Shown: piece by piece, positions 9,097 to 18,511 of the stretch
Position numbering within the stretch: the stretch's first letter is position 1
Layout of the letters: every line of letters starts with the position of its first letter
The notes under the pieces: generated by a model
Told to the model about the DNA's origin: nothing
What the model saw: the letters and a program-made list of their open reading frames with translations, nothing else
Databases searched by the model: none
NCBI GenBank assembly: GCA_963727825.1
Contig: CAVSHO010000008.1
Span: 1 to 64,000, forward strand
Direction: 5' to 3'
Length of the DNA stretch: 64,000 bases
From: Ignavibacteriota bacterium
GTDB taxonomy: Bacteria > Bacteroidota > Ignavibacteria > UBA10030
Program-made: the position numbers and the translations under genes

Positions 9097-10781
9097 ATGA
9101 TTCCAGCCATCGGATATATTCGCTGTTCAACAGAAATGCAGGAAGATAGTCCTGATCAGCAAAAGACCGAAATATTGAACTTCAGTGCCAAGAATGGATA
9201 TGATGTAAAAGCTTGGTTCGTTGATTTCGGAAAAAGCGGGACAACATTTGATCAACGACCCGAATTCCAGAGGATGAAGAAAATTGTTGAAAACAAACCA
9301 AACTTTAAAGCTGTCATCTGTTATGATGAAAGTCGCTGGGGAAGGGCTATCGATGCAGAGGAAAACACTTTTTGGCGTGTTTACTTTCGTAAGTTTAAAG
9401 TCGATGTAGTCTTAGTAAAAACATCCATCGATCCGAAACATGAATATGCGCCAATGCTCAAGGCATTTGAAGGGGTGCAAGCTTCACAATACAGCAAGAA
9501 GTTATCTGAACTAACTCTTCGTGGAGCACTGAACAATGGCATTTATTCAAATGGTGGTTTTCCACCATTGGGCTATAAGCGAGTTGCAATCAATTTGAAA
9601 ACTGGTGTAGATCGTGAGCTGCGAGATGGTGAATGGTCAATCCCCAATCAGGAAAAAGTAATATGGTCTTGGGAGAAAAAAGCGAGGTGAAAACAGTAGT
9701 TACAATTTTCGAACAACGAGCAGTGGGTCAATCGTACTATACAATTGCACAAACATTAAATATGAAAGGGATACCCTCTATTAAACGAGGAAGATGGAAG
9801 AGCAGGGATGAAAAATGGAGCAAATGTTCAGTAAGATATATTCTTGATAACAGAGCTTATCTTGGTGAGCGTATCTATAATAAAAATTCGATGAGCAAAA
9901 TCATCGCATCTCAAAAGGGAGTAGATCTTAGGCTTGAATCAGTTTTTCCACACTGGAAGAAAAATTCTAAAGAATGGATCGTGACAAAGAATGCACACCC
10001 AGCAATTATTTCGGAAGAATTATGGGAGAAAACGCAACTGCTTCGACAAATACGAGCGCCTTATCATCCTCGATGGGATTCTCACAAAACTGAATATCTC
10101 TTATCAGGTATGCTTATTTGTTCGGCATGTGGATATCCGTTCCAAGGTTGGTCGGCCGCGAAAAAGAATCATCGATATTTCCGATATATGGATGGAGGTT
10201 TCAAGAATAAAGGAATTTGCTCGAAGTTGGTTCTTAAAAGAGATAAGTTGGAAAAGTTTGCTGTAGAAAAAATAAAAGAAGTTATGACGCATCCTAATCA
10301 TCTAGAGCGGATTGAAAAATACCTTGATCTCATGTTTAAGAAAGAGCCTCAGGTTGAACGGTCAGAACGTAGAGATCAGAAGAGGCAGCTCGATGAATTA
10401 AAAATGAAGATTCAAAATATTGTTGAAGCCATCGAGTCCAGGTCTAACGGTGTCAAGCTTGACACATTAATGAAACGCCTTGAGGATCTTGAAGACAAAG
10501 AAAGGGAACTCATGGAACAGTTGAATGCGAAAAAACAGAATGCGAATAGTGTTCAGGAAGTTCAAATTGTCAAAGATGCTGTATATTCGTTTATCCAGAA
10601 TTTCGAAAAGTATTTCGATACGGCTTCTTTATATGATAAGAAGCTTGTTTTTCAGAAGTGTATTAAGACTATTACAATAGATAGGAAAACGGAGATGGTC
10701 CGCTTCTATTTTCAACCGGTTCCCGCAGCAATCCCTCAAATTGGCGAAATGATGAAAAAAAACAGTCTTCGGCTGTTGTGA
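9097..10781 (+). CDS. Large serine recombinase (integrase), split by one frameshift near 9680
   Basis: YIRCST catalytic Ser motif, D.GKSG, RPEFQRM, SRWGR; recombinase domain; HPAIISEELW; YLLSGMLICSACG zinc ribbon; coiled coil. Confidence 0.9.
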
Positions 10782-10791
10782 GTAGAACGAG

Positions 10792-10865
10792 TAGCGGGGG
10801 GGGGATTCGAACCCTCGACCTGCGGATTATGATTCCGACGCTCTAACCAGCTGAGCTACCCCGCC
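10792..10865 (-). tRNA. tRNA-Met (CAT), elongator type
   Basis: GGCGGGGTAGCTCAGCTGGTTAGAGCG-TCGGAATCATAATCCG-CAGGTC-GAGGGTTCGAATCCCCC-CCCCGCTA cloverleaf. Confidence 0.93.
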
Positions 10866-10897
10866 AATTCAAGACTTTGCCCAGATCAACCTGCAAG

Positions 10898-11086
10898 GCG
10901 ATAGTCTCGCCACTTTATGGCGGACTGAGCTACCCCGCCAACTATGACATCACTCAAGTAAATTGGAATAGCGATAGTCTCGTCGCTTTATGGCGGACTG
11001 AGCTACCCCGCCAACTATGACATCACTCAAGTAAATTGGAATAGCGATAGTCTCGCCGCTTTTTGGCGGACTGAGCTACCCCGCCA
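10898..11086 (-). repeat. Three 43-bp repeats with 73-bp period, each containing the tRNA-Met 5' end
   Basis: Copies at 10898-10940, 10971-11013 and 11044-11086; each contains ctgagctaccccgcca, identical to 10851-10866. Confidence 0.95.
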
Positions 11087-11136
11087 TAAGAAAAAGATAG
11101 CGGGCAAGCTCGCCGAACATTTCTCCTATACTTTTC

Positions 11137-11165
11137 AATATAAAAAAAACCAGTTCTATCTGCAA
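11137..11165 (-). promoter_or_regulatory. sigma70 promoter for the repeat array and tRNA-Met
   Basis: TTGCAG-17 bp-TATATT on the minus strand. Confidence 0.6.
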
Positions 11166-11354
11166 CGGGAATTTCATTTTTCTAAAGTTGCAACTTTTGC
11201 CTTTACTATATAATGCGGTACTATCGACATCACGCGGTTGTCATTACCCGCGACGCTCGCCAGGAGTTTCTTTTCCAATTCCATTGTTCTTATTCACAAT
11301 ATAAAGGTATTAAAAAAACGAGACCAATGAAAATATCCGCGCGTATTGTTTGCA

Positions 11355-13373
11355 TCAATTGCGGATGTGCAGTGTTGCATAGTAGGTTCTTCCCGGCTCC
11401 GGATATCCTTCTGTGAATGAATAATTCTCATCAAAGATATTCTGAATGCCAGCATCCACCACAAACTGTTTGAAGAGATTCAAGGACGTTTTTATGTTGT
11501 ACACTGCGAATGACCCTGCCGTATAGATGCCATCGCTCGTACTATATCGTTTAGAATTGTACTCCATACTCGCGGTGATGTTGAAGGGGGGAAAAGGATA
11601 GATGCCCCCGGAGATTACGATCTTGTGGTCGGGTGTATCGAGAAATTTGACACCTGGGTTCGAAATATTCTCTCGTTTGAGGAGAGTGTAATTCGCACTT
11701 GCGCTGAGCATTGCAACAGGATGTGCCTCGATTTCAACCTCGCCGCCGTAGTAACGCGCTTTCCCAAGATTCTGCATCTGGCTGAGGTCTCCCTGTACGT
11801 TGCTTACCTGCTGAATGACATCTCCGAGGTCGTTGTAGAACATGCTTACCATGTACGAACCGATTGTGCCAATCATCTCCCGATATGCAACATCGTAGTT
11901 GGTCGCATGCTCGGGGATCAAGCCTGGATTTGGAATTGCGGTGCCAAGCTTGTACGAATAGCGGTCTTTCATTGTAGCAAAACGTGTTTTATGCGCTATG
12001 CTGAAAGAAATCTGACTTGTAGCTGATAAGTCAAAGATTCCGCCAAGTTGGGCGTTCAAAGCATGTGTATTATCCATGGGGAAGTCAGAGATGACCCCTG
12101 TTTTGCTGTTGTAGTCTTGTGCCTGCAATTCCTTCCGGAGATCGTAACTGATGCCACCGATGAGCGAGAATTGTTCGAATATGCGGTACACATCCTCGAC
12201 ACCGATGGAAGTGATCGCATCTTGCATGGCTCTCACTGGTTCGCCGAGGTTGTGCTCGCGATGAATATCTTGTTTCCAATGAAAAGCCAGCGTAATGTGC
12301 TGTTTGTTCACATAATCTGTTTTTGCCTCGATAACCGCACCCCATGTATCGTCATTGTAGTAGCTCTGGAACGAGCTATTCTTCAATTGCGTTGTGTATG
12401 TCGCGTCGTCATAAGCGAACAGTGTGTTCTTGAATTTGTCGTGAAAGAACCTGGTTTTTATCAGGACATTATCGGAAGATGCTTTGTTACCGAGCAATGT
12501 TTGAGAAATGAAGTACTCGCTAAACTTGTCCCAATCGGGCCACTGCCAGTACCGCACAGTGCCGCCGGGATTATACCCGGCATAGACCGGATTTCCTTTT
12601 TCTCCCTGCTGATTTATATAAGTAAACGAATATTCATCAGTTTCGTTCGGTGTGAAACCGGCCTTGATGTTGTACTTGGTATCCCGCCGGTACGAATTGT
12701 CACGCTCGCCTCCGTTCTCCGTCGAAGTCGGCACAAATGATTTCGACAATGGGTAAGAGTCCTGCCTCAGCCGTGACGCACTGCCGGTCACGTAATACAG
12801 TCCTTGATTAGTGCCGAGATTGATGGCATAGTCGTACCCGCCAGTGTTCATAGTGCCGATAGAGAGGTCGTACTCGTACAATCCAGTCGGTTTTCTCGAT
12901 ATAAGATTGATTGCGCCTCCCATAGCATTTGGGCCATATAAGACTGACGAGAATCCCTTCGTCACCGTAATCTCGGAGAGATCGAACGTTGTGAAGCGAG
13001 CCAGATCAACGTATCCGTCATAGGGGACATACTCGGGTATACCGTCGATAAAAACCGGAACCTGTCGAAGATCGAAACCGCGCACGTACACCATCGATTC
13101 ATTACGGCCGCCCACGTTTGACAGAGAAAGACCTGAGAGAAGATCGAGGGCGTGTGATGCATCGAGCCGAAGGTGATTATCCAACTCGGATTGCGGGATG
13201 ATGTTTTGCTGGAATGGCGATGACGCACTTTCCCGCGTGCCCATGACCACAATTTCACCGAGGTAGAAAACTTTCGAGCTATCTTTCAGATCTTCAGCTT
13301 TACAGTGCACCGAAACTTGAAAAATAAGGCAAAGAAATAACACATACAAAATAAGATCAGACAAGTGTTTCAT
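11355..13373 (-). CDS. TonB-dependent receptor
   Basis: Signal peptide; LGEIVVMG TonB box; plug motifs VRGF, VFIDGIP, ITVTKG.SSVLYG.NAMGGAINLIS; C-terminal NIFDENY...GRTYY. Confidence 0.92.
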   Translation of the reverse strand: MKHLSDLILYVLFLCLIFQVSVHCKAEDLKDSSKVFYLGEIVVMGTRESASSPFQQNIIPQSELDNHLRLDASHALDLLSGLSLSNVGGRNESMVYVRGFDLRQVPVFIDGIPEYVPYDGYVDLARFTTFDLSEITVTKGFSSVLYGPNAMGGAINLISRKPTGLYEYDLSIGTMNTGGYDYAINLGTNQGLYYVTGSASRLRQDSYPLSKSFVPTSTENGGERDNSYRRDTKYNIKAGFTPNETDEYSFTYINQQGEKGNPVYAGYNPGGTVRYWQWPDWDKFSEYFISQTLLGNKASSDNVLIKTRFFHDKFKNTLFAYDDATYTTQLKNSSFQSYYNDDTWGAVIEAKTDYVNKQHITLAFHWKQDIHREHNLGEPVRAMQDAITSIGVEDVYRIFEQFSLIGGISYDLRKELQAQDYNSKTGVISDFPMDNTHALNAQLGGIFDLSATSQISFSIAHKTRFATMKDRYSYKLGTAIPNPGLIPEHATNYDVAYREMIGTIGSYMVSMFYNDLGDVIQQVSNVQGDLSQMQNLGKARYYGGEVEIEAHPVAMLSASANYTLLKRENISNPGVKFLDTPDHKIVISGGIYPFPPFNITASMEYNSKRYSTSDGIYTAGSFAVYNIKTSLNLFKQFVVDAGIQNIFDENYSFTEGYPEPGRTYYATLHIRN

Positions 13374-13382
13374 GGAGATTTT

Positions 13383-15134
13383 CTATATTTTTGTTTTATT
13401 GTTTGAATTGATCTGCACTTCCATGATCTCTTTCAATAATTCTCCCGAGTTATTCCCATCGATTTTCCAAACGCATTCCGGAATGAACGCCCAGCGATAT
13501 TTTACTCTTTCGATAAGATGTTCCCGTACGGTTAGGATAATCGGACACGGAGATGAAGCGATTAAAAGGTCGAGTGAAGTTGCCCAGACTTTGTTTTCAA
13601 GTTCGAGTGGACCCACCTCATCGATGATAACGAGATCGCAAGTAATCAATAAAGACGGATCAAGGGCGGCACAGCCGAACCGTATTCCGTCATCCCGAAA
13701 TACCCACTCACCGATCTTGATGCCGCTCCCATCCGGCTCATTACGACAGAGAGGGACACGTTCCCCAGTCTGAATGTTGATGACATCATAGCCGATTCGC
13801 ACCGAGTCCATTTGCAGGGATGGCGAAAGAATTCCACCGACGCTACGTTGCCGTTGTCGAAATTCTTCGGTAAGCGCCATGAGCAAACTTGTTTTTCCAG
13901 ATGCACGATCACCTGTAACGATGAAGATTCTTTTAAAAGGAGATTCTTGTAGATCGAGCTCTGTCAATCGCTGTTTCGCGACAAGGAGGAGTCGGGACAA
14001 CGAGGTGACCGGATGACGTAACACATTGCGTTGTTCGCCGAGTGAAGCGATCAAGGTCGGAAGAGCGTCGAAAGCGACTTCCATTGCCGTGGCAAGCTGT
14101 CCCAATCCTCGCTGGAGAACCCATCCGATGATTTTAGGGTTGCGCAACTCGATGCTAACGACATTGAATGCGACAACCATAAAGATTGCTCTCAAACTCA
14201 TCTGGAGACCGATAAGGATTCCACTCCATGTCCAACCGGACTGCTTATTCGTAATTTCACCAAGTAACAGTCCCGCGAGAACAGTCACTGCGATCAGGCC
14301 GATCCATATTCTTGGCTTCAAAAACCGCTTCCAGGAAGTTGGGTACCGTGTCACGATGTAGACTATATATATTCCAACAAGCCCCGACGACCACGGCAAC
14401 GAAAGGCTATTGATCGCAAGAAGCATGAGTGGAATAAAAATTATGTTTGCAATCAGCATTAAGATCGAGAACCGCTGTGAAGTGTTGACTTGTACCAGTG
14501 AAAACGCCGGCGACTGAACCGCGGTTGGGGAAGACGAAAGCGTATTTGCAGCTGCATTTTTCCCGATAGCGATACCAAGGAATGCAGCGCAAAATCCGAG
14601 AAGTGCATTCAGCATCAGAAGCAATCCAAGCGCCTCATATGGATTGAGACTTTGAATGCCGAGACTTTTTACAGCAATCTTATATGCTTCAAGATAGAGA
14701 GTGGCAATGTTCAATCCATACACGATTAGTAGGTTGATCATGTTTTGAACGAACGGTAAACAAACTGCAACTCCACTTCCGATAACAACGCCGATTGATG
14801 CGCCTCTCGAAATTCGTATGAATAATTCGAGCGCGATGGCTTCCGTGAGAATACCGATCATCGGACCGATGATGACAGCGCTGGGAGAAATCGATTTCAT
14901 TAACGCACAAACGATTCCGGCCCGCCAGATCAATCCCTTTTTCTGCCATAGAGAATATCCACCGACGAGCAATGCTACGCCGATGGCAGAAAGAATTGTG
15001 CCGGTGAATGGTACCCGGAGATTGTGCAGGAAACTCCCAAGGATAATCTCGATTGAGCCCCACGTGCTGCCGAGCAATGCAGCTTTCGCCCAGATCGGAT
15101 TGAGATTCTTATATATAAGTTTTGTCGAGTGCAC
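13383..15134 (-). CDS. Multi-TM membrane protein fused to a C-terminal NTPase_1/DUF2478-like P-loop domain
   Basis: Many hydrophobic segments, then IVTGDRASGKTS, VGGILS, RIGYD, LVIIDEVGPLE. Confidence 0.8.
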   Translation of the reverse strand: MHSTKLIYKNLNPIWAKAALLGSTWGSIEIILGSFLHNLRVPFTGTILSAIGVALLVGGYSLWQKKGLIWRAGIVCALMKSISPSAVIIGPMIGILTEAIALELFIRISRGASIGVVIGSGVAVCLPFVQNMINLLIVYGLNIATLYLEAYKIAVKSLGIQSLNPYEALGLLLMLNALLGFCAAFLGIAIGKNAAANTLSSSPTAVQSPAFSLVQVNTSQRFSILMLIANIIFIPLMLLAINSLSLPWSSGLVGIYIVYIVTRYPTSWKRFLKPRIWIGLIAVTVLAGLLLGEITNKQSGWTWSGILIGLQMSLRAIFMVVAFNVVSIELRNPKIIGWVLQRGLGQLATAMEVAFDALPTLIASLGEQRNVLRHPVTSLSRLLLVAKQRLTELDLQESPFKRIFIVTGDRASGKTSLLMALTEEFRQRQRSVGGILSPSLQMDSVRIGYDVINIQTGERVPLCRNEPDGSGIKIGEWVFRDDGIRFGCAALDPSLLITCDLVIIDEVGPLELENKVWATSLDLLIASSPCPIILTVREHLIERVKYRWAFIPECVWKIDGNNSGELLKEIMEVQINSNNKTKI

Positions 15135-15279
15135 TGTCGAATCATTATTGTTTATCGGTGCGAATAAACCAAATCGTGTAAGTATGTTGGAAAAGATGAG
15201 ATAAACTTTGGTGAGAGATTGTACGATGTATACTATGCAAAAAAAACATTATCGCACTTCACCCTATATAGCTGATAAC

Positions 15280-15422
15280 GTTTCCTCCTTTCCAAACACG
15301 GGAGGCCCACCAATTTCTCGATGGACCCGTCTCGATTCAGATGATGAATCGGGAAGTCGCAACCGACTTACTGGTCTGCAACCGTATCAATGACGATGTA
15401 GGTTGGCAGACTCGGAGCAATA
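15280..15422 (-). ncRNA. Moco (molybdenum cofactor) RNA motif / riboswitch candidate
   Basis: Minus strand reads CTCCGAG-TCTGCCAACCTA...TACGGTTGCAGAC...GGGTCCATCGAGAAATTGGTGGGCCTCCCGTGTTTGGAAAGGAG, matching my recollection of the Moco consensus. Confidence 0.8.
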
Positions 15423-15908
15423 AATCAAGGAACGAATGGGTGTTAGTTTAGTGAATTATTCTTTATGTGGCAACTAGTATCGCAATAAATTTCTTAGACA
15501 TTCTTTCCAATAAAAACTGTCGCCTACCTTTAACGATGCAGAAGAGCGATAGCTAGTGCTTTTTTCTTTATGCTATCTAAAAGTATATCGGATGATCGAA
15601 TTATTGTAAGTACGGTGTTTTCAATATTTTTTATGGTTCCATTGTATCGCTGGTGCAGGATCAGGCAATTCGTGCAAAGGAATATCTTTGGCACTTTGTA
15701 TTAGCCGGTAGACTTCTTGATTCGTAGCTGAATTTACAGCACACTGCTACTTAAGCTCATTTTTCAGTGGGATCTGAAATACTATGGAATTAAAGTGACT
15801 AGATTGCAGAAGTATTATAATAAATGTCTTGCTGTTGAAGAGGAAAGGGTCTATACTGAGTACGTCATTGCATCGTCCAGAAAGTAACAACAATAATAGA
15901 TCTCTGTT

Positions 15909-16196
15909 ATGAACCTTTATAAAATGCGCGGTCTTGAGCTTTATGATTCCCACAACCGAAGAATTGCCATTACTAGAGGTGAAGATATTTATGATGGAAG
16001 CAATCGACGAATCGCTACGATTCGCGGTAATTTTCTTTTCGATTCAGACAACAGAAAAATGATGACAGTTCGCGGTGCGAATATTTATGATGCTGCCAAT
16101 AAACGAGTTGCCTCACTTTCAGATGCACAAAAATCGGTAAAAGATAAGCTGATCGGAATGCGATCTATAGCGCTCTGGTACTGTTTTATTCGGTAA
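15909..16196 (+). CDS. Small repetitive beta protein (beta-flower-like)
   Basis: Four repeats of RG..(L/I)YD..N(R/K)R(I/V)A. Confidence 0.65.
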   Translation: MNLYKMRGLELYDSHNRRIAITRGEDIYDGSNRRIATIRGNFLFDSDNRKMMTVRGANIYDAANKRVASLSDAQKSVKDKLIGMRSIALWYCFIR

Positions 16197-16353
16197 AATT
16201 TATTAAATCCAATACTATCTATTTATTGTTTATTTGAATACGATGTGATGATTCCCGTGTAGAATTGAATTAATGTAATCTTCTATAGCTTAGCTTGTAA
16301 GTAACATCATCTCTATCTTTAAAGTCGCTAAACAGAATTTTCAAAACCTTTCC

Positions 16354-16382
16354 TTGTTTTTCTACGGTTTTTTCGCTATTAT
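16354..16382 (+). promoter_or_regulatory. sigma70 promoter for tRNA-Val/thrS
   Basis: TTGTTT-17 bp-TATTAT, 18 bp before the tRNA. Confidence 0.55.
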
Positions 16383-16400
16383 TTTACCCACGTTATTTTG

Positions 16401-16475
<75 letters not shown>

Positions 16476-16559
16476 CGGTTACAAATATGGTGTTAAAAAG
16501 TAGGTAATAAAAGATACTTTTAACTTTCAATCGGACTGTGTTCCGATTTTTTTATACTA

Positions 16560-18500
16560 ATGAGCAAAATAAAGATCACATTCCCTGACGGGAACCAGAA
16601 AGAATTCGATCGCGATATTACCGGCAAGCAAATTGCTGAGGGAATTAGCAAAGGTCTGGCAAAAGAAGCACTTGCCGTTGAAGTGAATGGAGAAGTGTGG
16701 GATCTCAGCCGCCCGATCGATCAAGATGCTTCCTTTAAAATTCTCAAATGGGCTGATGACGGTGGAAAGCATGCCTATTGGCATAGTTCTGCTCATTTGA
16801 TGGCAGAAGCAGTTGAAACATTGTACCCAGGAGCGAAATTCGGTATCGGACCTGCTATCGAAACCGGTTTTTATTATGATCTTGATCTCGGTGACCACAA
16901 TCTCACAAAGGATGATCTTCAAAAGATTGAAGATAAGATGAACGAGCTTGCCAGTCGTGACGTTCCTTATGTTCGAGAAGAAAAAAAGTGGGAAGAGGCG
17001 GTCGAATATTTCAAGAAAAAAGGAGATCAGTATAAGCTTGAGCTGCTGGATGAGTTTAAAGGGCAGGTGATTTCATTATATCATAGTGGGAATTTCACCG
17101 ATCTTTGCCGGGGTCCACACCTACCTTCAACTGGGAAAATAAAGGCCATAAAATTGTTGAGTGTTGCTGGGGCTTACTGGCGTGGGAACGAAAAGAATAA
17201 AATGATGCAACGCATTTATGGCGTTACTTTCCCATCAAAGAAAGAATTGGATCAATATTTGTTCCAGCTTGAGGAAGCGAAGCGCCGTGACCATCGCAAG
17301 TTGGGTTCTGAGTTAGAACTTTTTCTTCTCACACCAAAAGTCGGCAGCGGTCTGCCGTTGTGGCTTCCGAAGGGAACCATCATTCGCGAATCGCTTGTAG
17401 AATTTTTACGTGATGAACAAAGAAAACGCGGGTATCAAGCAGTCATTACACCGCACATCGCAAATCTTGATTTATATAAGACATCGGGGCATTATCCGTA
17501 TTATAAAGACTCGCAGTTCCCGCCAATTCAAATGGAAGATGGCGAAGCATATTTATTAAAACCGATGAACTGTCCGCACCATCATCAAATTTATTCATTC
17601 AAGCCGCGTTCATATCGCGATTTGCCGGTTCGTCTGGCTGAGTTTGGTACTGTATATCGTTATGAACAATCCGGCGAGATGAATGGCCTCACGCGTGTGC
17701 GCGGATTTACTCAAGATGACGCACACATATATTGTGCGCACGACCAATTGAAAGCAGAGATCAAATCTGTAGTCGATCTGACACAGTTAGTATTTAAGAC
17801 ATTTGGTATGGAAGTGAAAATTCGCCTTTCTTATCGGGACGATAAGAATGTTGAAAAGTACGGCGGAGAAGCTGCATTCTGGGAACAGGCGCAACGCGAG
17901 ATCCGCGAAGTGGCGGATGAGATGAAACTTGATTACTTTATAGCTTATGGCGAAGCATCCTTCTATGGACCAAAGATCGATTTCATGGTTAAGGATGCTC
18001 TGAACCGTACATGGCAGCTCGGCACTGTTCAAGTAGATTATGTAATGCCTGAGCGATTTCAATTGGAATATATCGGTCAAGATGGACAACGGCACCGTCC
18101 GGTGATTATCCATCGGGCGCCATTTGGATCATTGGAACGTTTCGTCGGAATTCTCATCGAACATTTTGCCGGAGAATTTCCGTTATGGCTTGCACCGACG
18201 CAGGTTGCGGTTTTGCCCATCACCGATTTATTTGTTGAGTATGCAAAAGAAGTATTTAATGGATTGAAAGCATCCGGTGTGCGCGTTGATTTAGACGATC
18301 GCAACGAAAAAATCGGATATAAGATTCGTGATTGTGAAACGAAGAAAGTGCCGTATATGCTTGTGGTTGGTGAGAAGGAAAAAGTTGGCGGTTTGGTTTC
18401 AGTTCGTCAGCACAGGAAAGGCGATCAAGGGACAATGAAATTTGAAGAATTCCAGAATCAAATTCTCAATGCAATTAAAACAAGAGCACTCACAGTTTAG
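16560..18500 (+). CDS. thrS: Threonine--tRNA ligase
   Basis: TGS domain, HSSAHL, DLCRGPH, KPMNCP, RVRGFTQDDAH, HRAPFGSLERF. Confidence 0.98.
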   Translation: MSKIKITFPDGNQKEFDRDITGKQIAEGISKGLAKEALAVEVNGEVWDLSRPIDQDASFKILKWADDGGKHAYWHSSAHLMAEAVETLYPGAKFGIGPAIETGFYYDLDLGDHNLTKDDLQKIEDKMNELASRDVPYVREEKKWEEAVEYFKKKGDQYKLELLDEFKGQVISLYHSGNFTDLCRGPHLPSTGKIKAIKLLSVAGAYWRGNEKNKMMQRIYGVTFPSKKELDQYLFQLEEAKRRDHRKLGSELELFLLTPKVGSGLPLWLPKGTIIRESLVEFLRDEQRKRGYQAVITPHIANLDLYKTSGHYPYYKDSQFPPIQMEDGEAYLLKPMNCPHHHQIYSFKPRSYRDLPVRLAEFGTVYRYEQSGEMNGLTRVRGFTQDDAHIYCAHDQLKAEIKSVVDLTQLVFKTFGMEVKIRLSYRDDKNVEKYGGEAAFWEQAQREIREVADEMKLDYFIAYGEASFYGPKIDFMVKDALNRTWQLGTVQVDYVMPERFQLEYIGQDGQRHRPVIIHRAPFGSLERFVGILIEHFAGEFPLWLAPTQVAVLPITDLFVEYAKEVFNGLKASGVRVDLDDRNEKIGYKIRDCETKKVPYMLVVGEKEKVGGLVSVRQHRKGDQGTMKFEEFQNQILNAIKTRALTV

Positions 18501-18511
18501 GAGAAGAACTT

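Larger units (their letters stand above)
1..10791 (+). mobile_element. Integrated mobile element (genomic island; left end outside window) at the 3' end of tRNA-Met
   Basis: Co-directional, tightly packed non-core genes including a replication initiator, ending in a large serine recombinase whose stop lies 10 bp from the tRNA-Met 3' end. Confidence 0.8.

Noticed and set aside
9670-9690. Programmed frameshift in the recombinase
   Set aside because: It occurs at an A6 run in a region full of similar indels; sequencing error or decay is more parsimonious
1-10791. Calling the element a prophage or ICE
   Set aside because: No structural, packaging, relaxase or T4SS motifs are recognisable within the window
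10788-10792. Missing encoded CCA on tRNA-Met as proof of integration damage
   Set aside because: tRNA-Val also lacks an encoded CCA and a CCA-type nucleotidyltransferase is present, so it is not diagnostic
10898-11086. CRISPR array
   Set aside because: The repeat contains the tRNA-Met 5' end, two spacers are identical and no cas genes are in the window; reported as a tRNA-derived array instead
12048-12740. 230-aa + strand ORF
   Set aside because: Antisense shadow of the TonB receptor with no recognisable motifs
15280-15422. Cobalamin riboswitch / btuB assignment for the TonB receptor
   Set aside because: No B12-box-like consensus is recognisable; the sequence fits the Moco motif better
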